A DNA stretch of 64,000 nucleotides from Selaginella moellendorffii (taxonomy: Eukaryota; Plantae; Lycopodiophyta), in assembly GCF_000143415.4 (NCBI RefSeq), contig NW_003314265.1:2559181-2623180 (forward strand). The letters run 5' to 3'. Position 1 is the first letter of the stretch. Every line of letters begins with the position of its first letter. The notes below the pieces were generated by a model. It searched no databases. It saw nothing but the letters and a program-made list of their open reading frames with translations, and had not been told where the DNA came from. Shown here piece by piece: positions 22,625-35,417 of the stretch. A program made the translations under genes and the position numbers.

Positions 22625-25600
22625 TGTCGCAAATGTGACTTCGGGTATCGAAAGTTATCTATCGGCCAATCCTTAAGGACACTCTTTTCTTACTGCCACG
22701 ACGGCAAAAGGTCAGTATTGCTAGACCTGTTATCAATTCCCACTTAAGCTAGTTGAGAAACTGGTTAATGACCATGCACTTAAATCAGATAAACATAAGG
22801 TAGGAACTCTATGTGTTTCTTGCTGAGCATACTCAATCTGGTTTGAGAAACTCCTGTCATTGGCTTGCACTTGCTAGTATCAAAAACCCTCACAATATTG
22901 AGATTGGTCCTTCAATATTTGCTAGATGATAGCTTACTGTGTCTACCAAACACCCTCACTATCATGCCTTATATATTAGTCTCATTTCGGTCCTAAATGC
23001 TAATTATGGAAAGTGTCTAGATTCACTCATTTAGCACATTTATGGAATGTAGAGATTGTCCTAAACACAATGGTATTTGTCCCGTGTCCAAATTCATATT
23101 TAATAAATTTCAAGTTTATCCCAGAGACTAACTCCTGATACTAAGGGAGGCTTGGGGTGAAAGCCCAAAGCATGTGTTCCTCAGGGGAAAGGTTCCAAAT
23201 GTATAGTAAGGATAGTGGGTAGGTCGGGTACGGCTTACCAACCTGAGGCATAGTTTAGCTCCTACTTGCGTGCTTGTTTTTGTTTTGTGTCTGACTTGGG
23301 TCTAAGCCCAAGTTCCACACCATACTAGCTGATGGAGTACCCATGTCCTTGTGTTAGGCCATCGGTATGCCGAAATAGCGCTAGACTCTGTTTGGCTCCG
23401 TTTTGCATGCTAGTTCTAGCAATGGGATGCTGGTTGCTCTAGGACTGTTCCAAGTTGCTCCGGGCTTCAATTCCTTCACTCCTTGGGCTGTATGCTTGGG
23501 AGTTGCTCCGTGGTCTAGTTCCGTCACTCCTTGGCTTTATGCTTGGAAGTTTGGCACAGTTCCTTCGTTCAGTGGCCCAAGGCCCTGAACCTCGGGTTCC
23601 ACACCACTGTCCTATGGACACGTGGCATATGACACGTGGCACATGGAGGGTTTAGGTTCCACTTCGTGGTGTTATCCTATGAGGATAAAGGGTAAAAACC
23701 ACGTGTGCCACATTTGGTATCAAAAGATACGTCTCGGTAAATACTATCCAATGAGATTGGGCAATTAGTCTCGTTGCATACGCAGAGATGAAACGATGAT
23801 CTAAATGGATACACATTTGGGTGCAAAAGCTTCGCAATTGTTCCTTAAGTATAAATTTTGGTTACTTTGTTGTACCATATGATGTGAGCTTGCTCTTGGG
23901 CTCATCGGATAGATTTGAGGTATACCATTTTGCACGAGTTTTCACTTGGGCTCGTGAGTGAGGTGCATCAGCAACTCAAAGTTACACTTTGAGTTGGTAG
24001 GACTAATTTTAGCTTATCAATGGTTCCATGAGTTATTCAAATGATTCCATGAGTTGTTCCATGTACCATGGGTGAAAATAAACCTTCCTTAGGTTTGTTA
24101 TGAGTGGCAAATAGGCTGGTCTGTAATTGTTTAGCATAGCACTAGTGGATCCTTCTTAGGTATGATTACAAAATGGATCAACCAAGACTGTAGGGATTAG
24201 TCTTTTGGTTCAAGTAATCATTGTCGTGCTCTCTCATAAACTTTTCTTGGATTGGATTGAAGGTAGTGCAAATGCAAGCTTGAGGTTTGGTCAAAGATGA
24301 AACCGAAAAGAGAATTATCGAGGTCAAAGGATCAAACACGTAAATCATTTTCTCTTCTTGGAGAGATGATTTGTAATGAAATGTTAACTCATTGCTCATG
24401 TTCACATTATGCAATCAAAAATCCCTACCTTAATACATGTTGGTTATGATGGTCTTAAAAGTGGTGAGTTATAGAATGGATAACAATGAAGTGCTAAACC
24501 ATTTTGTCTAGGCTTGCTATTGAAAAACTTGGTTTGCAATGCTCAATTCTTTTCCAGGGATCCTTGCTATTATTCCTTGAGTAGCTTGGTATTGAATTAG
24601 TTTTGAGTTTAGTCCGAAAGAGAGTGGTATGAGATTGTCCCTGTTATGAACAAAAGTTAGTGGTGTTGAGTATTGTAAATCTCTATCGGTGGGGTGTGGC
24701 ATTTATGTTGCATTTTGTCGAATCGAATTGACACTTAATACTTACTTAAACCTTTGTAGTAGTGATATAAGCATTGCTCATAGTGTTGCTTGATTGATGA
24801 TCAAGTCATTATGATACTTATATCATATCTTATGTGATAATGAGCAATGTGTTTACGAAGTTGCTTAATTAAATGATGACCAACCCCAAAGTGGTTGATG
24901 GTGAAGCTAGACTACTTGCACAAAATAGCATTGTAAGTAGCTTTGATTGGATTCTTGATGGTGATCTATGATATGCTAAGCTTAAGTTAGTACCTTGTTT
25001 CCTGGGGAGTTTGCCCATTAAAGTGTTAAAAAGGGTTATAGCATTCACTTGCTATTGTTTGTTGGTTTATCCATTAGCACTTGGAGTAGATTGTTGGATG
25101 GAAAAGGTGTATAGTTGAATTGACATTGTTAGCACTTGTGTTAGTGGAAGTGGCCTTATTATTTCAAGTGATAAGGAATTTTCCTTTGACCTTGATTTTC
25201 CATATCATTTTTTTTGTTAGTGTTTTGGCTTCACATTAGATCTTGAAGATGGTTGAAGAAAAGTGTTAGTGCAATGTGAATATCCGAAGACATGGTCTTT
25301 GTGATCAAGCCTTAGATGTTCATTTTGCATTTTTGCAAATGTCGGTGTTGGATATCAAAAATATGGGCATAATGTTCAAGGCTTAAGCATACTATAGGGT
25401 CTTGAGAATTTCTGTTGAGGTGAACCTATGTGAAGTTGTAAGTAGGAGGAAGTTGGTTGAATCTTGAAAGTTTATATTCTTGGATTGAGAGTCATTCTTT
25501 CTTTAAGATGGAAAATTTTTCACAAATTTTCTTAGACTTATCCAATGGCTGATTTATTGTTATTTTGTCTGAAAACCTTTCTGTTTTATTAAGTTAATAC

Positions 25601-28600
25601 AAACTAGTGAAAGGGTTGGAATTAACTTTTGTTAACTTAGACCTTAGTAGGTAGTTTGTATGATACAACCCAAAAGGGGATGCTAACTTTTGGTGTTAAA
25701 GTAATTGAGTTGGATAGAGTCTGGAGTTAGTGTAGAAAAGTGGTTCTTGCACTTTTCTAGAAAGGTGACCCTTGTGCCTTTCTTCTATAGCGTTATGTTC
25801 GGTGGCAGGTTGCACTTTGCATTTCATTAAGACTCTATGAGAGTAATAAACTCTCATTAATCTTGACTTAATCTTGGTAACCCTGTGCCTTGGCTGAGGA
25901 TGGTGATGTCCAACTTAGTTGTTTAAGTTTGAAATGTTAGTACCTATACTATAGCTTTGTCGATGAGGAGGTTGTGTACTGATATGAGTCTATCTCATGG
26001 TCCTCACTTTGGTTTTAACTGAGTGTTAATCATGCATAACTAGCCTCTTCAAGAGATGCTCAAAGCTATTGGCTAGACATGTTGGTGAGCTTATTGCAAT
26101 TGAGTTGGATTCAAGTAGTCATTTAGTTTGTGTTTGTCCATGAACCTTTATCTCATACTTGGGATATTATATTTATGTTGAACAAGTATATGACTCAATG
26201 GCATGAGTTTAGTGTTTGAGTCTTATAAAGGCAAGTTGAAAAGTGATTGTTAGTTACTTTGCGAACTAATGATTACTTGTAGACTTTGTCAAAGACTATT
26301 GACACTTGCTTCATTCAATGAAGATTTATCAATGATGCATTTGCTTTACTGGATGATGTTGTGGAGGATCGTGTTATTAGACTTACATGGGTTTTCTATA
26401 TTGGCATGTTGACTCTACCTCTATCGATATCATTTGGATACGTTTAGTATGTAGTGTTGGATTTCATAGAGTCTTGGATGTGGTGATTCACTCCTTGAGG
26501 AAGTGTTATCTGTAACTGAGTTTTGCTCAAGGATTGGTTTTGGATACTGAGTAAAGTATCTTTGACCTTGGTTAGCTTAGTTGTTAAGGAGTTTTGAGTG
26601 GTGATTCACTTGTGCTTTCTTATAGCTTTGTTATGGTGTTAATAGCATTGAAGTGATGCCTTATCGTTGACATTGTTGATATTGAAATTCAAGTGGGATG
26701 AGATGTCTCTTCGTAGGATTGATATTAAGTTTCATTAATCTCAATGAAGATAGTGTTGATGATTTGGCTATGGCTTTGTGTTATTGGCATTCGTGCATTT
26801 GCTAATTAGCAATTGTATTGACATTCAAATAAACTAAGTGGTAAATTGAGTTAGTTGTGTTCTAGACGAGATTATTTAGTAGGGGTTGAGCTTTAATTTT
26901 TCCTTGAAAAGTGATTTAGTCATGGACTATACTAACTTTACAGGAAAAAGAATTAATGATTGATATTGAAGTGATTGAATCCTTGTTGGATTTAAGTTGG
27001 GATATATCGATCATTAATGATTTTTCTTGTGCTTGTTATAAAATGAGTTACATTTTGTTATAGATGGATTCATGGAGGATTATTTAATGATCACTTGTTG
27101 AACATAACTTTGTTATGCTTGGCTTTTGGATTGATGTAAATACACTTTTCATTAGCTTTGCATTATGAAGTTTAGTTTTTTGATGTGTTGAGAAAGATAT
27201 TATGGGTTATACCATGATTTCTTCTTTAGCATTTAAGTTGGTTCATACGAGACTCATGATTATTATTAGGCATGACCTGGCTATAGGTTTCTTCGAACTT
27301 TTGGTTAGTAATCACTAGTGATAATTAATTATCATCTAGGATAGTTGCCTTGTCAAAGGTTTTGCTTGATTATTGTTGATATAGAATGATTTGCCGTTCT
27401 TTGGAATGGTTAATTCTTTCTTCCACAGTGATTATGCATCTCTTTATTAATGGAATAATTGATGATCTTTCATGATGATTAATTGTTCTCTTTGATAGAT
27501 TATGGCTTTTCGCAAAACCATATATTCTTTGTGGTTTGCTCTGGATTGGTCTCTTGAGTTTGAGACATCAGTAAAATGTTATTGACACTTGCTTAAGCAA
27601 CTTTGGTTCTTTTGTATTGTTGACCGGGATCTAGTTAGATTGATTAGTGCAATACTTGGCATGAACAAGTGTTTATTGGTCTTACTGCATTCATTCTATT
27701 TTGTTGATTGTTGCTCAAGTTAGTTTTGATAGATTTGGATGTTATTTCTTTTGTATGATACATTTGCAAGCATTTTGCTTGCCAATCAATGATATTTTGT
27801 GTTCTTTGAGTTATTTTTGGTAAGTTGTTTGGTATACTATCTGCAATCTTCAAGTAGTTACATTTCATCATTGAGTTTCCTTGATGATACATTAACTGTT
27901 GAATTTTGTAGGATGGTGAATCTTATATTTCTAATTATTCTGATTTTGGTGGTTCCTATACTCTAATATTGGTTTATTGGATGATAACTTACTTGGAATA
28001 CTTTTGTGTTCTAATCTAAGATTTAATCACTGATAATTAAGTCTTTAATATATCATTATTTATGACTTTGATATTGTCCATCTATTGATCTTTAAGTTTG
28101 GGCCAATATAGGTACCCTAGCTTCGGCACTTCGTGTGCATGGTGAAATCTTTAGTCATGGGGTAGTTACTATTGACTGGTCACATCACCTGCCTCTCTAT
28201 CAATATTCCTTATTTCATTACAAGGGCGTGACCATGTAAACAACTCTAACTACCTATTTACAGTAGTTTATCTAAACCTTACCGACAGGTTTAATTTCTT
28301 TGCTCATGAGGGTTGGGGCCTTTGGCTTTTCTCTTTATGTCTCTGCAAGCAGGGGTGTATCACACTTTTGTAAGTTGGGTGACAACCAAAGCAACAAGGG
28401 TGGCTAACTCCATTGGTCATTTCTTTGTCAGTGACGGCTAGAAGGTGTCTGAGTGGGTAGCACATCTGCATTAGACAAAGAGGTTATCCTAACTCATTTA
28501 AGTTGGTGCATTTCTCACATAGTGTGATCACCATGAACTTTTTCTGGAGTTGTTTCCTTGATGGTGGTCTAAACTCAAGTGTGCATTTACAAGGATGTCG

Positions 28601-29020
28601 ATCTTCCCTAGGGGGGGAGAGTGTTGTAAATGTGACTTCAGGTATTGAAAGTTACCTGTCGGCCAATCTTTAAGAACACTCTTTCCTTACTGCCATGACG
28701 GCAGGAAATCGGTATTGCTGGACTTGTTATCAGTTCCCACTTGAGCTAGTTGAGAAACTGGTCAATGACCATGCACTTAAATCGAATAAACATAAGGTAA
28801 GAACCCTATATGTTTCATACTTGACCTAGTTTGAGAAACTCCTGTCATTAACTTGCACTTGTTAGTATCAAGAACCCCCACAATATTGAGATTGTTCCCT
28901 CAATATTCGCTAAATGATTGCTTACTGTGTCTACCAAACACCCTTGCTATCATGCCCTATGTATTAGTCTCATTTCGGTTCTAAATGTTAATTATGGAAA
29001 GTGTCTAGATTCACTTATTT
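22625..29020 (+). mobile_element. Decayed LTR retrotransposon (family B): 5' LTR 22625-23712, PBS, non-coding internal region, PPT, truncated 3' LTR 28622-~29020
   Basis: LTR termini TGTCGCA...TGCCACA; PBS TGGTATCA at 23715 (tRNA-iMet type); PPT agggggggagag at 28610-28621; the first ~400 bp of the LTR is repeated at 28622. No intact gag/pol ORF. Confidence 0.85.
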
Positions 29021-30100
29021 GGTAGACTAGTACTTTCCAACTTTAAGTTCTTGAGCAGCACCTGACCACTATTGAGAATAAGCTGGTATGCTCCAAACTG
29101 GGAAATCAACCTCATGTATCCCAAGGACAGATTTTTCCTTGAATAAGGAGCTGCTGCTTGGGCAAAAGGTTTGTTGGAGAATCGAAGCTACCTTTCTTGT
29201 CTTTCCCAAAAACAACTAAGATCCTGTTCTCAAGCAGCACAGCACTTTCAGCACAACACTGTCCGGGAGTGCTTTGCCACAAGGGGACGAAGCTGCTACC
29301 ATCAGTGACGGAAAGCCCTCCCTGGGCTTTCAACTCAAGCTTGGCATTTTCACTTGCTTCTGCAAAAGAAGTCGGCCAGGACTCAGCAGCATGAGAGTAA
29401 GTAGCTTCATGAATGTTGTTTCTGACATGATTTCTCCAAAGCTTGCTCACCAAGTTTTTCTTTGTTTTTAAGCTCTTTTGTATGGAGTTATGTTTAAGCT
29501 CAAAGGAATATTAGGGTAAGGAACTTAACATACCTTATAGTTTGGACGTTGGTAATTGTTTACACGGAGGAGAACTGCATGCTTCGAGAGCGACTGAAGT
29601 AGTGCGAGGCTTTGAGCATCCAGCTCTGCAGCCGTGGACATGGGGGTCTTTGGGTCTAGGCGAGGTTAGGCCTCTTTGTCTTATTATTTGGTGTCATAAT
29701 AATTACCTTTGGAAAGATAATAGAGATAATGTGATAGCACATGGCAGTAATTCCATCTAGAGGATCCTGTGGTGGTGGCGAACGTCCTTTATCTGGCATG
29801 GCAAGGAAGATATTCATCATAATGAATCATTACTGCAGCATTATTTATTCACAAGCAGCTACATATTCCACTCTAGATACTGTCCTCACCAAGAATCCTT
29901 CTTGTTCCATTACGGCCACATCATTATAAAGTTCGGAGCCAAATTCCGCAATTGCGATTTGGTGTTCAGGTGGATATTGCAAAATAATTATTACTAAACC
30001 CATCTTTTTCTGGAGATAGCAAGAGATTGTTTTGAGCGCGCCCATGACTTGCTCATTCATCACTTTTCTTAGCCAAGCTAATGGTACTAGATTATTTGTC

Positions 30101-32999
30101 TTATAAATAATCACCACATGAGCATTGTCCACCTTTAAAAATATGGAGCCTGCTCGCATCTCTACACACGATCTCCCTCTCCTCCAGCTTGGAGATGATT
30201 GCGGTGGCTTTGTGACAATCCTGGCACACTCTCAAGTTCTTTGCAATCCTGACCACGCTTCCTGGCTTGGAATTGATCAACGCACAAGCGACTGCAAGCT
30301 TCTCGCTGTGCTGGCAAAGCGCGTCCTCCTTCTCGCCATCGCTCACATCCTTGAGCACACTCTCAACGTCAGCAGCATATCCATTCTCCTTCATCCTCGC
30401 CACCAATTCCTCGAGCTTGGCACGGATCTCTCCAATCTGCTCGTGAGTGGTGTTCCCGACCAAAAAGCTATGGACCCGGCCACTGGAATCGGTCCACCAG
30501 CTTTTGCCCGGCTTCCTCCAAGCCTTGGCCACATTCCTTCTAGCAAGAACTTTGCTCCTCTCGTCGAGCTTGCCTGTGCTCGAGTATATGTTGGCCATGA
30601 GAACATACGCCGCAGCGCTGCTTGCGTCGAGCTCCACCAGCGACTCGAAAGCCACCTCTCCCACGGCCACATTCTTCCACTTTCGACACGCCCCGAGCAG
30701 CGTCTTCCAGATGATCGCATCCGGCTTCATGGGCATGGATTCGATCACGTTTACCGCCTCGCCAAACCGGTTTGCGCGGCCCAGCAGATCCACCATGCAC
30801 ACGTAGTGCTCTCTCCCTGGAGAAATTCCATGCTTGTTGCTCATCGCTGCAAAATACTTCCTCGCCTCCTCGACCAGACCGGCATGGCTGCAAGCGCTCA
30901 AAACCGACACGAAGGTCACCCCGTTTGGCTCCAGGCCATCTTCCTCCTCCATTCTCTCCAGCATCTCAAACACCGCCAATGCATCACCTTGGAGGCTATA
31001 TCCCGCTATCACCGCGTTCCAGGCCGCGATATCATGCTTGGTCACGGAGATCCACTGATCAAACACCTTGCGAGCAGCAGCCATTCTCCCTGTTTTGCCG
31101 TAGAAGTCGATCAAACACGTCACCAGGATTGGATTCTTGTCCAGGAGCCCCACGATTTGGGCATGGATTTGCTCCCCAGCTTCCAGCGCGTTGACGGAGC
31201 CACAGGCCTTGAGAAGAGCACCATAAGTTTGAGGACTTGGGCTTATGCCAGCATGAGAGCCTTGATCGCCAGCCATGCGCGAGTAAAGCTCCAAAGCTCG
31301 CTCGCTCTCCCCGCTATTGACGTATCCCCGTATCAAGCCAGTCCAGAGCACAACGTCCCGCTTAGCCGGAGCCACGCTATCGAAAACCCGCCTGGCGTCC
31401 ACCATGGAGCCACACTTCGCATACATATCAACCAGCGCGCTCGAGAAGAGGACGCTTGAATCAAGGTCCGCTCCCACCACCTTCACAGCCTCGCGGTGGA
31501 GAGCTCGTCCTCTCTCCAGCGATTGAAGCCTCGCAAACCGCCCAATCTCCACCTCGGTGGCTTCTTCTTGAGCAGCCAGAGCAGCGCAGGCCATCACCGC
31601 TGCGAGATAAGTCCGAGAAGTGGGAGCACAGCGAGCGCCATCTTTGGTGGACGATTTCATCCGCGCAAAGAGTTCCAGAGCACCCTGCGCGCGTCCATTC
31701 TCGACGTATCCAAACAGCAAGGCATTCCAGGTGACTGCGTTGTGCTGCGGCGAGGAGTCGAAAACCTTCTTGGCGTCCTCGAGGCTTCCACACCTGGCAT
31801 ACATGTCGATCATGGTGCTCTTCACGTAGAGATTCGACATGCAGCCGCTGGCAAGCGCTAGCGAGTAAATGCTTCTCCCAACTTTGAGACACCGCTCTTC
31901 CGCGCCTAGAGCCACACAAGCCTTCAAAGCTGCGACATACGTCTCCGCGGAAGGAGGAGGAGCTTCCGCGCCGATCACCATCTCTTCATAGAGCTGCAAG
32001 GCGAGCTCGGCTTCTCCATTCTCCACACATCCCAGCAGCAAAGCGTTCCACGAGACCACGCTGGGCTGCTGGATGCTGTCGAACACATCGCGAGCAGCGG
32101 CCATGTCCCCACACTTCGCGTACATCCCAACGAGCGTGTTCGCCACATATATGTCTGTATCGAATCCCTTCGTTCTTGCCTGACCGTGGATCGCCACACC
32201 GGTTTCCAGACTCTTTTTCGCTTTGATAGCAGCCTTGAATCCTTGCTGCTGCTGCTGCTCTGCCAACTCCGCTGCCGCAGAGATCCCGCAAGCCTTCGCT
32301 GCTGCTACAAAAGTCCTGGAATCCGGAGCACACCCATCCGAAACCATGCGCTCGAACAGCTCGAGCGCAGCAACCCCCATCCCATTGTTGACGTACCCGA
32401 GCAGCAAAGCGTTCCACGTCCTGGTATCCCGAGTTTCCCTGGCCTCGAAAACTCTTCTCGCATCTATCAGGCTGCCGCACCTTGCGTACATGCTGACCAG
32501 TGCCGCCGCGACGTAGACGCTCGCGTCCTGGCCCTGGGAAGCGGCAGACTTCTCGAGTTCCCTCCCGCCCTCCAAATCGTTGCAGGATTTCAAGTCCGCC
32601 AGCAGCTTCTCTGGGAACGCCAGGTATGTCAATGGCTGTCTCGTGGTGGTAGCTCGTGTGAGCGGAGAATGCGAGTTCGTCCCGATGCTATGATCATCTT
32701 TCTTGTAGTGTGCTCTGCGAGTACCTCCATTTGTAGCATCTTCTAGGCATTTAATCTTGGGTTGCAGCCAAGCAGGGCAAGAACCAATCCACAGTCCTAC
32801 TCCAGTGGACGAATGCTTGAAGTCCGGATAGTTGCCCCACTGTAGAGAAATGCCAAGTTGTAATCTAGGTACTGGTATTGGGAAGAACACTCACATTTTT
32901 AGATCTATTGTCCCACCATAGCTCAGGATCCTCAAAGAAGCTGAGCCAGTGCTGCTCCACACATTCGCGAGATTGCTTAACTCCTCTTCGCAAAGCCAT
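30101..32999 (-). CDS. PLS-class PPR protein with E/DYW deaminase domain and an N-terminal OSB-type PDF motif
   Basis: Exons 32999-32895 and 32839-30101 (55-bp GTGAGT..TACAG intron). Repeated LVxMYAKCG/WNAL PPR motifs, PG box, HSEKLA, CQDCH, terminal CSCGDYL; N-terminal WLSFFEDPELWWDNR..YPDFKHSSTGVGLW. Confidence 0.92.
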
Positions 33000-33111
33000 A
33001 CCTATTATACTTGACCTAAAATCCCTAGGGCTTCTGCACTAAATTCATTTAAAAACAATGATTAGAAATAACTTTAAATGGCCTATAATTTATAGAACAA
33101 AATAATCCTTT

Positions 33112-34128
33112 TCAAGGTTCCATCTTCTCCATTGCGAGCTCCAAGATGGACTCCTCTTCGAGATTTGTCAAGTAGCCAAGGCAGACTCGTTCCACTGATG
33201 ACTCGTCTCTAGCCAGGAACTCCACGAAGCTCTGCACACTCGAAGGGCTGGTCTCGTGGACATCGAGCAAGTTGCACGCAATCTCGATCGAGTCCACGCC
33301 GTGAGCCAGAGCCATCGCCTGGACGTGAGCCAGGCCGCCGCCTCTCTGCGACACGCTGCGAGCGATTCTCCGAGCGGCTTGGAGATCGCCCGTCTGGAGA
33401 GGGATGTTGTAGTTGGCGATCCAGGGACAAGCTCCCGCAGTGATAATCCCAGTGCTGGCAGGAAAATGAGCTGGGCCGAATTGTGGAGGCTGTGATAACG
33501 CTGTGTTGTTCGATGATCCTTGCCAAATCCCAGGCTTTGCCGACTTAAAGTAGCCCAGAGATCTGCGAATGGCGTCCAGCGGGACATTTTCATAACTAGC
33601 AGCACCATAAAGAAAAGTTGGAACTGGAGATCATATAAAGCATAAGTACTGCGTCAGTCGATCTAGCCTTGGATAACGAGATAGATTCGTTTCTCTTTTC
33701 TTTAAAGACCAGCTTTGCTTACCTTGAAGTTTAGCTCCAATACTTCGTGCACACGATCTAGCCAATTCAGCTGCTTGATCCATAGAAGCCTCCTTTCCCA
33801 GTGGATGAAAGCACAGATTGTCCACGACACCCAGACGAGGATGGCTTCCAGACTGCTTTTGGAGATCAATGTTCAATATTGCGGCTCGTATCATATCGAC
33901 TATGGCGTCCGCAAAATTTTCACGGCTTGCTGTAGAGCCGCACTTGCCGGCGAGAGTGTAGCCCACCCTGTCGTAATGCTCGTCGCGGAAAGTATGGAGC
34001 AGTGGAACTTGAGGGTGGCCGCGCATTGCTTGTTCTATGTTCTCCATGGCCTGCCTATTGGAAGAGGTGGATACATACATCTTGCAGCACGCCATAGCCA
34101 GCTTCTTGCGAAAAAGGATGCTTGGCAT
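33112..34128 (-). CDS. Glutamate formiminotransferase-like protein (FTCD N-terminal type)
   Basis: ACCKMYVS, DEHYDRVGYTL, GSHPRLGVVD, VPTFLYGAA, VSQRGGGL..VQAMALAHG..IEIACNLL, GYLTNL; spliced. Confidence 0.88.
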
Positions 34129-34598
34129 CTCTCCGAAAGCACAAAAAAATCTGGGAGGCATCTTGTTTAAACATAAACCCCATAACTTCGTCCTCTAAAT
34201 GCTGGGTTGATTGCTTTGATCAGTGTCTCCCGGTGTTCTTCCAGGGCTAGATATTTTGAATCGATCATGGAAGTGTTTTGGAAGTCCAAGACTGGAAAGT
34301 AGGCGAAGATACACAGGGCATCGTATGAAAGAGAAGGAAAAATATGAGAGCTTTGTATATGTTATTCATTCTGCTCGATGCCATTTACAAATCTGTGGCT
34401 ACTTAAGGCAGGCATTTGGCACGATCATCTTGCAGCACCAAATTATCACAATTCACCCCTGCCAGCAATGAGATCATCACTGCGGGAGCCTGAAGTTTTT
34501 GGAGCTTCCTTTCCCAGGGCAATCTACCTGACAAACCAGAAGAAGATTTAAGCTTTGGAACAGCCGTTGGATCCATCGAATCCGGGCCGTCAATGAGC

Positions 34599-34622
34599 AG
34601 ATATTTTACGCACCGACGTGGC
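34599..34622. promoter_or_regulatory. Evening element (AAAATATCT on the minus strand) next to an ACGTGGC G-box/ABRE, upstream of the CCA1/LHY-like gene
   Basis: AGATATTTT at 34599-34607; ACGTGGC at 34616-34622; near-match AAAATATCC at ~34836. Confidence 0.5.
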
Positions 34623-35417
34623 GTTCTATGAGCCCCATGAAGAAAAAAGTGTAAAGGCGCATTTGTGGCTGTGTGGGCTTGGCAGGAGCGTGTGGCTGGC
34701 TTTCCTAGAAATGAAATCTCGCAAAATCTGGTCGTGATAAAGCATTGATAAAAAAATTCGTTTATCCAGTACAAAGTGGGATAGGAATATTCTTTAAGAA
34801 GACCACTGGTTAGAAACTACCGCATTTTCTTTTGGAAAATATCCTGGCCGTATAGATTTCTTAGTCAGCATCCACGACCGGCTGCTGCCTGTCTACCGGG
34901 TCGAAGATGCGGACTAGGCAGGTAGCACGCATCAGAGTAAACGAGGTGCTTTCTTGCTTGGTAGGTAGCAAGGGCGCAGGAGATGCGTTCTCTTCCACGA
35001 GCCACTCCTTTAACAAACAATCTAGAAAAAAGAACACGGAGAGGAAAAAAGGAGAGAAACAAAAAAAGGAAATCTCTTGAGTTTTATCTCGCATTGTTTT
35101 CATTTTTCCCTTTGCCAGAATGGATCATCCATAGTGGCTGCGTGTGTTGTCATGGAGGTTTCTAGGGTTTGGAGGCGTAGGCGACGATGAGGCGGCGATC
35201 CAGGCGGCGTTGGGGCCAGTGATCCTCTCGATCCGAGCGAAGGCGCCAGAGATTTATCGTGATTCAGAGATTTCTCGCTTGGAGAGGTAGTTGATCTCAA
35301 CTCAATTTGGTTCTATCCGGTATCTATGATCTCTCTGGGCAATGTTTATGCGAGGATCTAGCTCTCTTCTTTCAGTGTTTCGAGGATTTGCCACATGGTC
35401 GAGAGGCCGGAATCGTG

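Noticed and set aside
30125-31459. 444-aa plus-strand ORF and similar long antisense ORFs (45623, 47660, 53289, 60670)
   Set aside because: Shadow ORFs opposite GC3-rich real genes.
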